Origin: Candidatus Helarchaeota archaeon
GTDB lineage: Archaea > Asgardarchaeota > Lokiarchaeia > Helarchaeales > RDOG01
NCBI GenBank assembly: GCA_019058315.1
Contig: JAHPZH010000009.1
Location: forward strand, 128,001-192,000
Length of the DNA: 64,000 nucleotides
Direction: 5' to 3'
Of the stretch, positions 41,306-51,504 are shown in pieces. Position 1 is the stretch's first letter. Every line of letters begins with the position of its first letter. The position numbers and the translations under genes were made by a program. The notes beneath the pieces were generated by a model that did not search any database, was not told where the DNA came from, and was given only the letters and a program-made list of their open reading frames with translations.

Positions 41306-41794
41306 ATGATTGAAGTTAAAAAGTTGCATTCACGAAGATGGAAGGAATATAGAGATTTACGATTAGAAGCTTTGAAAAGTGATCCAATTGCTTTTAGTAG
41401 TTCATTTGAAGAAGAAAAAATTTTTTCTGATGAAGAATGGAAGAGAAGAATCAATAATGTATTATTTGCTATCTCAAATGATAAACCTGTTGGAATGATT
41501 GGATATATAATTAATAATAAAAATAAAACTAAACATATCGCTAATATTTTTGGAGTATATGTAAAAAAGGAATATCGCCGTCAAGGAATAGGAAAAAAAT
41601 TATTTGATATTGCTTTAAAATTTATTCAAAAAAATGTAAACGTCTTTAAAATTAACTTAGGTGTCAATTCCGAACTAAAAGCTGCTATTGAACTATATAA
41701 GAAACATGGTTTTAAAATAGTTGGAAGACTTAAAAAAGAGTTACTGGTTGATGGTAAATTCTATGATGAACTTATGATGGAAAGGATTCTCTAA
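41306..41794 (+). CDS. GNAT acetyltransferase
   Basis: YRDLRLEAL, GVYV..EYRRQGIG, A..LYKKHGF. Confidence 0.92.
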   Translation: MIEVKKLHSRRWKEYRDLRLEALKSDPIAFSSSFEEEKIFSDEEWKRRINNVLFAISNDKPVGMIGYIINNKNKTKHIANIFGVYVKKEYRRQGIGKKLFDIALKFIQKNVNVFKINLGVNSELKAAIELYKKHGFKIVGRLKKELLVDGKFYDELMMERIL

Positions 41795-41841
41795 CTTCTC
41801 TTTTCTGATTACAGTTCAAATGTCTCCAAAAATATATATAT

Positions 41842-43086
41842 TTATTTTAAAACATCTGAAATTTTTTTACCTTCTTTAAAAATGAGATTTGCTTTTTCTA
41901 TAATATCTGGAATATTTATCTGTTGGGGACATTTATCCAAACATTCCCCGCATTGAATGCAAAGAGCTGCTGCTCCTTCAAACTCATCTCCTTCAGCTTT
42001 CTTTTTTTCTAATTCATCAGGTGTTTTTACCAATCTATTATAAAAATACATAATTCTTGGATTTCTACTATCTCCCCAATAGGCAGTTTGATTTAGTAAA
42101 TTAAATACCATCGGGATAGAAACTCCATTAGGACAGGGCATACAATAACCACAGTTAGTACAAGAAACTACACCGTATTTCTTAAATGCATCTCGTAATT
42201 CTGAAATTGTTTGTAATTCTTCTTTACTGAGGTTATTTATCCCCGAATTATTAGCAGATTCTACGTTTTCTATAACCTGTTGCATCGTACTCATACCACT
42301 TAATACAACTGAAACTTCGGGTTGATTCCAAAGGAATTGTAAAGCCCAATCAGCCATACTCCTTTTAACTCTTGACTTTTTTAATACATTCGCAATTTCA
42401 GGTCTTGTATCCAATTTATGCTCTGGAATAGCCAGCATTCCACCCCGAATAGGTTCCATAATTATTACAGGCATTTTTTTACTAGCAGCATATTTTAAAC
42501 CTTTGGTACCCGCTTGAAATTCAATATCGAGGTAATTATGCTGGATTTGACAGCAATTCCATGGATAGAAATCAATAATCTCTTTAAATACTTCAAAACT
42601 ATCATGAAATGAAAATCCTATATATTTAATAATACCATTTGCTCTCAATGCTTCCATATTTTCAATTAAATTCAACTTTTTTATTTTTTCTAGTCGTTCT
42701 TTGCGTAAACCATGAAAAAAATAGAAATCTGGATTTGTTTGTAATCTTTCAACCTGCTCGTTGAATAAAACGTTAAAATCTTCTTTTTTCTTAACTAACC
42801 ATAAAGGTGATTTTGTGGTGAGATATACTTTCTCCCGATATCCATCTTTTAATGCTTTTCCAACTAACACTTCACTTTGACCATTATGATAGGTATATGC
42901 AGTGTCAATGTAATTAACTCCATGGTCAATTGCATAACGAATCATTTTAATTGCCTCTTCTTCATTTATTTTAAATTGTTTATCTAGTGGCAATCGCATA
43001 GCCCCAAAACCTAATGCGGATATTTCCAAACCTGTTGAACCTAATTTTCGATACTTCATAATTTTCACCATAAATAGTCTTTTCAA
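41842..43086 (-). CDS. Aldo/keto reductase with C-terminal 4Fe-4S dicluster
   Basis: LGFGAMRLP, DTAYTYH, GFSFHD, CTNCGYCMPCP, CIQCGECLDKCPQ. Confidence 0.93.
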   Translation of the reverse strand: MKRLFMVKIMKYRKLGSTGLEISALGFGAMRLPLDKQFKINEEEAIKMIRYAIDHGVNYIDTAYTYHNGQSEVLVGKALKDGYREKVYLTTKSPLWLVKKKEDFNVLFNEQVERLQTNPDFYFFHGLRKERLEKIKKLNLIENMEALRANGIIKYIGFSFHDSFEVFKEIIDFYPWNCCQIQHNYLDIEFQAGTKGLKYAASKKMPVIIMEPIRGGMLAIPEHKLDTRPEIANVLKKSRVKRSMADWALQFLWNQPEVSVVLSGMSTMQQVIENVESANNSGINNLSKEELQTISELRDAFKKYGVVSCTNCGYCMPCPNGVSIPMVFNLLNQTAYWGDSRNPRIMYFYNRLVKTPDELEKKKAEGDEFEGAAALCIQCGECLDKCPQQINIPDIIEKANLIFKEGKKISDVLK

Positions 43087-43210
43087 TTAGATTTCTTAAT
43101 AAATATTGAAAATTTGTTCATTTTATATTCATATAGATTAAGAAAATGAAAATATTTTTTTAAATTATTATCCCATAGTAAATATTTCTTAACAAAATGA
43201 TTTAATTGAG

Positions 43211-43657
43211 TTGAACATTATTAACGATTTTCATCTTACCATAGATTTAATAAAACATGAGAGAAGTAAGGACTCTCATTCAAATATATATGCGGTTAAG
43301 ATAACGAACCGAGATGTAAAGTTCAATTGGAAATGTGCATTTCGTGGACCTAAGGAAACTGATCATTCATATAAACTCAGTGAGGTTGGATTTAAGAGTC
43401 TTCTAACCTTCATCAATAAAAAGTTATTGAATAGAAATATTAAGGAAATAAGGAAAGCTGATAATATAGGCTTATCAATTAATTTGACAGTGAAAATTGA
43501 AATGGATAATAATAAAACCGAAGCAAACATAGTCGGAATGTATAATGATTGGACAAAAAGGGGAAAGAAGAAGCAGTGCAATATCAAGAATTTAGATTAT
43601 TATAATGCCATCAGTCATATTATCAGTCATGCTGAGCAAAAGGTGGATCTCTTCTAA
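43211..43657 (+). CDS. Hypothetical protein
   Basis: 148-codon ORF in an otherwise empty interval. Confidence 0.6.
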   Translation: MNIINDFHLTIDLIKHERSKDSHSNIYAVKITNRDVKFNWKCAFRGPKETDHSYKLSEVGFKSLLTFINKKLLNRNIKEIRKADNIGLSINLTVKIEMDNNKTEANIVGMYNDWTKRGKKKQCNIKNLDYYNAISHIISHAEQKVDLF

Positions 43658-43803
43658 TAACTATACAAAGAAAATATATGATTTGAAACGTAAGTTAAAA
43701 TTCTTAAAAGAAATAAGAAGAATTCTTTTTTAATAACATTCAAATATCATCCAAGATTATTCATAGAAAATGGATATTATTTCCAAAAAACGGAGTAATT
43801 TTA

Positions 43804-44301
43804 ATGGATATAAAAGATCTAGAAAAAGACGCAGCAAAGGCTACAGATTCACCTGAAAATGCTGTTAAATACGCATTAGATTGTCTTTATGTGTATCAAA
43901 AAGTTGATGAAAAAGCATTGGGTTACTTTGGATACGTTCTTTCTAAAAACATGATGCAAGAAGATGCTTCCGCTCCAAGCGGACTTAAACCAGGACTAAC
44001 TACTTTAAATCGAATTAAAGGAACAAAAGAGCCTCAAAGAGCTTATGGTGTTCTAGCTCATATGGGAGCCTCATGGGAAAAAGATTATAAAGACATTGAT
44101 GTAGATAATTATAAGCCAAACATACTAAAAGTAGATATAACTGGTGATAAAGCAAAGGTTGTTCTTAAATCCGGAGGTCATGATAATCCAATTTCCATAC
44201 AACTTGCTAAAAACAATAAAGGTCAATGGAAAATTACTGGTGGCTTTACCACATTAACCCGGGATAGTAGAAAACCCAAATCTGTCGTTGGCGATTTTTA
44301 A
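43804..44301 (+). CDS. Hypothetical protein (NTF2-like C-terminus suspected)
   Basis: GGAG RBS; KAKVVLKSGG.DNPISIQL.KN..GQWKI. Confidence 0.7.
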   Translation: MDIKDLEKDAAKATDSPENAVKYALDCLYVYQKVDEKALGYFGYVLSKNMMQEDASAPSGLKPGLTTLNRIKGTKEPQRAYGVLAHMGASWEKDYKDIDVDNYKPNILKVDITGDKAKVVLKSGGHDNPISIQLAKNNKGQWKITGGFTTLTRDSRKPKSVVGDF

Positions 44302-44389
44302 TCTTCTCTTTTTTTTTCCTTTACCTAATTTACAAACTTTATGATTTATAGAAGTTGCAAATCGTAGGGTTTAAAAAGTGGTTAGATAA

Positions 44390-45268
44390 TTAAATGTTTT
44401 TTTTAAGTTTAAGAAATAATTTTTTAGCATTTTTGTAAAATATATTCTCTAATACTTCTTGTTTATAGTTACCCGATTCCCAATCCTTAAAAAGTTGTTC
44501 AAATCCCAAAATAGGCCAATCAGAACCAAAAAGGATTTTATTTTTGCATCTACCATTTATTTCTCTCTTAAAATCTTCGGGGAAATAAATTGGTCTCCAA
44601 CCATGAACTTCGTTATACACATTTCCTTTATGGATGAGAACTGATGCCATTTCTGCATGAAAAGGCCACGGCGTATGGGCACATACAATTATTAATTCAG
44701 GATTTTCTGCAGCCACGTTATCAATATATGGAATGGGTCTTTCATATTCTAACTTAAAACCTCCACCACCAGGAAGTCCTGCTCCTACAGCTGTAGCTCC
44801 AACTGAAATCTTTATTGGGACTTTATTTTCAATACAAAGATCATAAAATGGTTTTAATATTGGTGAAGTAGCAGGAATATTGGTCAGAGCACCATAATGC
44901 CAGGGACCAAAAAAATTTAGGTCAACTATACACCTTCTTGCCTCTTTAAGCCATTCCTCGGGATGGAAACTTAGGTCTGTCATTACCCATGCACCAAGGA
45001 TTGTATCGGGATATTCAGAAATAAGTTTTCCAACATAATCGTTAATTTCTCTAATTTTTTCAAACTTATATCTACCACCAGTTGGTGGCATTAAAATTGC
45101 TTTAATATTAGCTTGATTAAAAACTTCAATCATTTCTTCTTCAGTTTGATAATAAGGTAATTCGTGTTTGAACTGTTTTTCGATATATTTCTTTGCAGCT
45201 TTCGGAAATGAGGCTCCTTTTTTAGTAGACATCATAGTTTGAAAATCTATTACTTTAAATTTTTTCAA
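44390..45268 (-). CDS. Amidohydrolase-2 family protein
   Basis: GAGLPGGGG, CAHTPWP, KILFGSDWP, NIFYKNA. Confidence 0.85.
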   Translation of the reverse strand: MKKFKVIDFQTMMSTKKGASFPKAAKKYIEKQFKHELPYYQTEEEMIEVFNQANIKAILMPPTGGRYKFEKIREINDYVGKLISEYPDTILGAWVMTDLSFHPEEWLKEARRCIVDLNFFGPWHYGALTNIPATSPILKPFYDLCIENKVPIKISVGATAVGAGLPGGGGFKLEYERPIPYIDNVAAENPELIIVCAHTPWPFHAEMASVLIHKGNVYNEVHGWRPIYFPEDFKREINGRCKNKILFGSDWPILGFEQLFKDWESGNYKQEVLENIFYKNAKKLFLKLKKNI

Positions 45269-45467
45269 ATTTAACTCAATTCTTCCTATAATTTTTAAAC
45301 TATATTCTGGATAATTTGTAATAAAACCTTTCTTAGCTAATTTGTGATATTAATTCACATAATGCTAATATTGACTTTCAAATTGAGAAATGGTTATCTT
45401 TTATATATTTAATTAAAAATGATCAGATAAGCTATGATCGTACGTTTTTATGATAATTAGATGATTA

Positions 45468-45875
45468 TTGATTAAAAGTGAATTGTTGAAAATGCCATTA
45501 ATTCCTTTAGAACCGAAGAAGGTCCCTTGTCCCCATTGTGGTTTTGAAAATTATGAAACTGTCCATAAGAATTTATTCTTATGGAAGAATGATTTAGAAC
45601 GTTTATTAAAAGGAACACTCAATACTTTTGAATGTAAAAATTGCCATAAACTAAGTTGGGCAAAACAACTAATAACAATCAATTTAATTAACAGAGAAAA
45701 GGTTTATTTTATGCCAATATTTCCAAATGAGACTTCTGAAAAAAAGTATGAAATGGGAGGTTATTGCTTTTATGAACCTTTGGGTCAACCTTTAACTTTA
45801 TTAAAAGAATTTATTGATTCTTATAAAGAGAAATATAAGAATCACCCTCAAAGATTTCTTGCATTATTAGATTAA
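45468..45875 (+). CDS. CpXC-like Zn-ribbon protein
   Basis: CPHCG...LLKGTLNTFECKNC. Confidence 0.75.
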   Translation: MIKSELLKMPLIPLEPKKVPCPHCGFENYETVHKNLFLWKNDLERLLKGTLNTFECKNCHKLSWAKQLITINLINREKVYFMPIFPNETSEKKYEMGGYCFYEPLGQPLTLLKEFIDSYKEKYKNHPQRFLALLD

Positions 45876-46031
45876 TCAGTCTTAGCTTGATTTTCTGATT
45901 TATTATCAAAAAGTGAATTATAATAAATAATTTTACCTCATGAAATCCTCCATAGTGCCATAAAATTAAATAATGCCTATCATTAATTATTACTAACCCA
46001 AATAAAAAAAATCATTTTTGGGAGATATTAT

Positions 46032-46238
46032 ATGGTTGAAATTCCAAAAACGTTAATTATTACCTTTGTGTGGATATCAGCAGGACTTTGTGCCTTTAAT
46101 TTCATCTTCTCGGCAATTGGAATATTTGTATATATTTATCATTATGCAGAAATTCTAACTATCTTCACGGGGATAAATCTATGTTCAATTTTGGTTACGG
46201 GAATATTAGTTACAATAGACCAGCTGGATAAAGTCTAA
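46032..46238 (+). CDS. Small 2-TM membrane protein
   Basis: GGGAG RBS, two hydrophobic segments. Confidence 0.55.
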   Translation: MVEIPKTLIITFVWISAGLCAFNFIFSAIGIFVYIYHYAEILTIFTGINLCSILVTGILVTIDQLDKV

Positions 46239-46341
46239 TTAAAATATTTTTTTAATTTGATTTCTTGCAGTTTTAGATTAATTTATTTTAGCTCGATTTT
46301 TTGAATATAATATACAACTCTAATACCTATAAACAAAAAAT

Positions 46342-46887
46342 GTGAAACCTATGTCGTTTGATTACAGGTTGAAGATTATAATAATAGGCGAACCATCTGT
46401 GGGGAAAAGCTCCCTAATTGTTAGGTACACAGAAGTATGGGAAAGAGGTGAATCTGCTTTTGGTTTTCAAATCAGTAACAAGAAGTTAGTCTTAAACAGT
46501 AAAACCAGTGAAAATAAAATAAAAATTAAGTTATACATATTCGATATAGCTGACCAATCTAAGTTCCTTAAAAAAGAATTTTTGTTTAAAGAGGCGCATG
46601 GATTTATTCTGGTCTATGACATCACAAACGAAGAGTCTTTTGAAAAAACCGCAAAATGGTTTAACCTTTTAAAAGAGTCTGAACCCTTTGAGAAAGATTT
46701 TACTGGGATTTTAATCGGAAATAAAATAGATTTACAAGATCAAAGAAAAATCCCTAGAAAAATTGGAGAAAAGCTTGCAAAGGAAATGAATGTTGATTTT
46801 GAAGAAACTTCAGCTAAAACTAGAGAAAATGTCAATGATGTTTTTGAAAGAATTACGCACATGATTTTAAATAAAGTGATAGTTTAA
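46342..46887 (+). CDS. Rab-like small GTPase (degenerate G2/G3)
   Basis: GEPSVGKS, DIAD, NKID, ETSAK. Confidence 0.9.
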   Translation: MKPMSFDYRLKIIIIGEPSVGKSSLIVRYTEVWERGESAFGFQISNKKLVLNSKTSENKIKIKLYIFDIADQSKFLKKEFLFKEAHGFILVYDITNEESFEKTAKWFNLLKESEPFEKDFTGILIGNKIDLQDQRKIPRKIGEKLAKEMNVDFEETSAKTRENVNDVFERITHMILNKVIV

Positions 46888-47007
46888 TATAAAAAAGGTC
46901 TTGGATGGGCTCTAATTTGAATTTGATTACCCGTTATATCTAACACGCTAAATTATTATCCTAGTAAAGATAGATAGATAAAATTAATAAAAAATTGTAA
47001 ATTTAGG

Positions 47008-47544
47008 ATGTTAATAAATATGCCAAAAGAAATAGAAGGTAAAGATGCTAGCGACTGGTCTAGCGAAGGAATGGCTAATATTAGTTTAAAAAATTATCAG
47101 AAAGCGATTGAATGTTATCAAAAAGCAGTTAAAATCGATCCAAATAATAAAATGATCTGGTATAATTTGGGATCTGCTTATTTCTCCCTCAAAAATTATC
47201 AAAAAGTCATTGATTGTTACAAAAATGTAGTTAAGATCGACCCAAAATCAAGTCTTGCTTGGTATGGGATGGGACTAGCTTATTATAACCTAACGAATTA
47301 TCAAGAAGCAATCAAATGTTACGAAAAAGCATTTAAAATCCAACACCAAAATCATATTCCATTCACTAATTTGTTTAATGCTTGGAATAACTTGGGAGAT
47401 GCTTATAAGGGATTAAAAAAATATCAAAAAGCGATTGAATGTTATGAAAAAGCACTTGAAATTAATCCGGACTATCAAACAGCAAAGGATAATTTAAAAC
47501 GATTAGAAACTCAAAGACGAGAACTGGAGAAAAAACATTATTAA
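47008..47544 (+). CDS. TPR repeat protein
   Basis: About 4 TPR units (NYQKAIECY.KA). Confidence 0.92.
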   Translation: MLINMPKEIEGKDASDWSSEGMANISLKNYQKAIECYQKAVKIDPNNKMIWYNLGSAYFSLKNYQKVIDCYKNVVKIDPKSSLAWYGMGLAYYNLTNYQEAIKCYEKAFKIQHQNHIPFTNLFNAWNNLGDAYKGLKKYQKAIECYEKALEINPDYQTAKDNLKRLETQRRELEKKHY

Positions 47545-47671
47545 TATTATTGATCTCTATTAAAAAATAAGGGAATATATGGAGGAATACTTGATTATTA
47601 CTTCTTAATTTATTTTTTAGAAGTCTTTAAAAACTTCAAGATCAAATCAAATTTAAGTGAGGTGAACTTAA

Positions 47672-48217
47672 ATGGAAAAAAAAATAGGTGCAATAGGAGC
47701 TATAGCTTTAATTTCGCTAATTTTAGGAGCTGCTGGATTGGGATTAATTTATATTACCACACAATCCACTGAATTGAGCCCTATTGAAATAATGTATATC
47801 TATGAAAAAATTAATCAATCATCAACCGGAAAAATATGGACAAATGTTGACTATTCAAAAATATATTCAACCCCAACTGTGACTTGGAAGAATCACACAG
47901 GTTTGATTATTTCTTTTGAAGTACAACAAGGAGAATCCGTTTATTTAAGTTTCAATTGCGAATTCTATTTACAGGGTGATGGAGGCGGTCAAAAATATCT
48001 ATATATTCGTTTTGATATTGATGGAGTAATAACCACTACTCCTGAAGGAACAGTTAGTGATAATCCAGGTTCAGGATATGTCTATGGATCATTTACACTT
48101 CAAGACTTTCCAGTATTATCTCATGGCTCTCATAATGTGACAATATCAATATACGGTAATTATGCACTGAATTATATTGATGACTGCTCTCTGTTAGTCC
48201 AGACATTTATTCCTTAA
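47672..48217 (+). CDS. Secreted or membrane-anchored beta-rich protein
   Basis: GAGGTG RBS, N-terminal TM, GSHNVTI-type strands. Confidence 0.7.
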   Translation: MEKKIGAIGAIALISLILGAAGLGLIYITTQSTELSPIEIMYIYEKINQSSTGKIWTNVDYSKIYSTPTVTWKNHTGLIISFEVQQGESVYLSFNCEFYLQGDGGGQKYLYIRFDIDGVITTTPEGTVSDNPGSGYVYGSFTLQDFPVLSHGSHNVTISIYGNYALNYIDDCSLLVQTFIP

Positions 48218-48301
48218 TATAACAATTACTTTTTTTTTATTTTCATAAATATATTCAAAACTAATTTTCGAATACTAATGCTTTATTACATTCTAATTAC
48301 T

Positions 48302-49177
48302 CTACTTGCTGCTGATCACAACTAATTCTTTTATAATACGCGGTATTACTTCGGGGGGAAGACTATGTCCCATTCCATCTAAAATCAATAATTTTGCTCC
48401 AGGGATTGCAGTTGCAATGTCTTTGCCCGCTTCCACATGATTAAATGGATCCTCACTCCCGTGTATAACTAATGTAGGTGCTTTTATTACAGCAATTTCT
48501 GGTTTTATATTACCAGGAACAGCCATAGCAGCTAATTGACGTGCTACACCTTCGGGATAATAACTGCGATCATACTCTTTTGTTCTATAATCTCTTGCCT
48601 TATCCTTATCAAATGGAAAAGTGCCGTAAATGAGGTGATCACGCTTGACCATTTCTTCAATATATGCTTCGCGTTCGGGGGGAACGGGTGCAAAAAATTG
48701 TGCCATAATTTCTGGTTTTGCTTGTGGTAGTTTTGGATTTCCAGTTGTGCTCATGATTATCGTGAGAGATAAAACACGAGATGGATTGCTATATGCTATC
48801 ACTTGAGCAATCATCCCGCCCATAGAAGCCCCCAAAATGTGTGCTTTGTCTATATTCAAAGCATCTAGGACACCAAGGGCATCACTAGCCATGTCCTCTA
48901 AAGTGTACGGAACTTTTGGTTTTTCTCCACGAAAATAAGCAGCGTTAATTTCATTAAAGTCTGGCATACCCGCATCTTTAAGTTTTGTTGACAAGCCTAC
49001 ATCTCTATTGTCGAATCTTATAACAAAAAAACCATTATTTACTAGACTTTCGCATATTTCATCCGACCAAGCAAGTAATTGACTTCCAAGTCCCGCTATC
49101 AACAACAATGGTTTTGAATTTGGGTTTCCGATTGTCTCATATTCAATTTCTATATTATTTGCATTAGCTTTTGGCAT
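48302..49177 (-). CDS. Alpha/beta hydrolase
   Basis: RFDNRDVG, GASMGG, HGSEDP, GMGH. Confidence 0.93.
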   Translation of the reverse strand: MPKANANNIEIEYETIGNPNSKPLLLIAGLGSQLLAWSDEICESLVNNGFFVIRFDNRDVGLSTKLKDAGMPDFNEINAAYFRGEKPKVPYTLEDMASDALGVLDALNIDKAHILGASMGGMIAQVIAYSNPSRVLSLTIIMSTTGNPKLPQAKPEIMAQFFAPVPPEREAYIEEMVKRDHLIYGTFPFDKDKARDYRTKEYDRSYYPEGVARQLAAMAVPGNIKPEIAVIKAPTLVIHGSEDPFNHVEAGKDIATAIPGAKLLILDGMGHSLPPEVIPRIIKELVVISSK

Positions 49178-49268
49178 TTCAAGTCACAATTCTACTATAT
49201 GTCGTTTATATCATAAAATATTTTCAAGAAAGGAACTTGATTCAATATTGATAAAGCCTTGGCTTTTT

Positions 49269-50318
49269 TTAACCTTTCAATTCAAAGATGTGTTGAACTA
49301 ATCTTTTGGCAATTTTGAATTCAGTAATATCCCCTACAAAATTTGTTATTTCTTCTCCAAAGAAAATCTCGAACTCTTTCAAAAAAGTAGTCAATTTATA
49401 CTGTAAGAATGAACTTTCATCATTCAAAATGAGAATTCCAAAGACTTTTTCTCCCCTTTCCATTAATACTTTTAAATTTTTATAATCTATTAATTGTAAT
49501 TTTTCCTTAGTTTTCATCATTTCAGCAAGTAATTTATCTATGCTTGAAAATACACCTCCCATTAAGATATTGTCTTCAAAATAGTCTAAATTAGTGTTTT
49601 TCTCAAAAGAAAATGCATAAAGACATATCCCATTATTGTTAATGAGATATATTTCGCGTAGTTTTTCCTTCCAATTAAGATCTGTAAATGTAGTAAATGC
49701 AGAAAAACTGTAAACCATTATAGCTGTTCCAATTATTGCCATAAAAGTTCCTATTAGATAAATTATAAGGCCAGAATATCTGGAATAACTAAATACCCTA
49801 AATGTTAGACCAGTAGTTATGATTAATGTTCCAATAATAGAAAAGTACATCCGCCTCCTCAAAAAACTGGAAGTAGGTTTTATAAAAATTTGATGAAACA
49901 TTGGTAGGGCAAATATAATAGCAGGGAGTATACCGATAATCCAAATCATATTTAATATCGCAAAATCATTTATAATAAATGAAATGGCGATTAAGAAGAT
50001 TAAATAAGCAGTAAGAATAAATTTAGTCTTTTTAAGGGTATATTCCATAAATAGTAACATTGCTGCACCACCAATTAATTCTGTTAATATGAAGATTCTA
50101 TTCAATTCTAGTATAATCCAACCATTATTCCACCAATAATATTGGAACCAACTAATGATATAATGAGCAATTCCTAATGACAGAAAAATGGACGCTCTTG
50201 CTAAAAAAGGAAAGATCTCCTTGGTAATCTTTCTAATATGCATAATTCTGATAAAAAAATAGAACGAAACTATACATGCACATGTAGCAAAAACGTAAGT
50301 TGACCCTAAACAAGCCAT
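49269..50318 (-). CDS. Multi-TM protein with C-terminal longin/roadblock-like domain
   Basis: Shares IKPTS.FLR.RM, SAF.TF.D..WKEKLREI, LQLIDYKN.K with 40076..41149. Confidence 0.75.
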   Translation of the reverse strand: MACLGSTYVFATCACIVSFYFFIRIMHIRKITKEIFPFLARASIFLSLGIAHYIISWFQYYWWNNGWIILELNRIFILTELIGGAAMLLFMEYTLKKTKFILTAYLIFLIAISFIINDFAILNMIWIIGILPAIIFALPMFHQIFIKPTSSFLRRRMYFSIIGTLIITTGLTFRVFSYSRYSGLIIYLIGTFMAIIGTAIMVYSFSAFTTFTDLNWKEKLREIYLINNNGICLYAFSFEKNTNLDYFEDNILMGGVFSSIDKLLAEMMKTKEKLQLIDYKNLKVLMERGEKVFGILILNDESSFLQYKLTTFLKEFEIFFGEEITNFVGDITEFKIAKRLVQHIFELKG

Positions 50319-50590
50319 TTCTAAGGGTCCTATCCCAAATTCAGTAAGAGTAAAAGGTGGAATAATTATTTCCCCGCTTATAAGAAATTAAAATAATATT
50401 CATATTTCGCCCTATTCAGTATTATTTTTTCTGATTTTATGACATTTAAATATTTATAATTGGGTAAACAAACACCCTAATTAAAATTCTATGTTTTATT
50501 TCGTTTGGAATCTGGGGATTTTTTATATATTCTACTAACCAACAAAACGTAAAACACCAAAAACTAATAATAATTAAGTAAATTTTACTA

Positions 50591-51313
50591 TTAAAAAGAA
50601 AATAAATAAGATTTCCCTTTTTTTCCAACCATTCGAAGTGTTCCCATCTTTCTAAGGCAGTAGGTCATCTTTCTTACTAATTTGATTGGTTTCTTAAGCT
50701 TTTTAGCAAGGTCAAAATTTGTAAATGGAACAGATATATCTCGTGGAATGTATTCAAGAAAATCATAAGGGGTATGATAAATTTGTGTTCCAAGTACATT
50801 CACTAGTCTTTTATCATAGATGTTCCACCCTCGCCGTCTCCAGCTTCCTTTCCCACATTTTCGACGAATTTCTTCAATTTGAATTAGGGTTGTTTCAACG
50901 GAGAGATTTGGATGTGCTATAAGGTGTGGTATCCTTATCAATTCATCAAATATATTCTCATGTGAACAATGTTTTGGTGATAACCTCCTCCTTAATACTT
51001 TGGAACCTGCCCTATTTTGGTATACTATCCATTTATCAGAAATTACAGGATATACTAATAAAACTTTATGATTTTCGACTAAATTCTCAAGCTTCTTTTT
51101 TATTGCATAGAAATTTTGGGTTTGAATTTCTATAAGGAAATTATCATGGACAATGTCAATTATATAACCATCAACACGCTCCTCAACAAGATCTCCTGGT
51201 CTTTTATAGTATTCCTTTAGAGATGCATGAAGGGAGCTCTCCCTTAGAGTTCCCACACCATTATGGCATGAGGATTGGTAAACTATTTCTATATTATTAT
51301 CAACTAAACTCAT
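50591..51313 (-). CDS. PD-(D/E)XK nuclease-like protein
   Basis: ESSLHASLK, DGYIIDI...IEIQT; C-terminal HTH-like segment. Confidence 0.7.
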   Translation of the reverse strand: MSLVDNNIEIVYQSSCHNGVGTLRESSLHASLKEYYKRPGDLVEERVDGYIIDIVHDNFLIEIQTQNFYAIKKKLENLVENHKVLLVYPVISDKWIVYQNRAGSKVLRRRLSPKHCSHENIFDELIRIPHLIAHPNLSVETTLIQIEEIRRKCGKGSWRRRGWNIYDKRLVNVLGTQIYHTPYDFLEYIPRDISVPFTNFDLAKKLKKPIKLVRKMTYCLRKMGTLRMVGKKGKSYLFSF

Positions 51314-51504
51314 ATTTCAAATTTAGAACGAAATACATGAAATTTAAAAGGTAGTAATATTCAGATATATACTCAAGAATAAAACAGTTGTTGTTGATTG
51401 ATAACTCGACCAGTTACTTTCAATTTTAAGTCTCCAATTATAAGTTTTTAAGCGAAAGGAACTTATTCTTATCTATAAGAGATTTCAAAAAAGATACATT
51501 AAGG

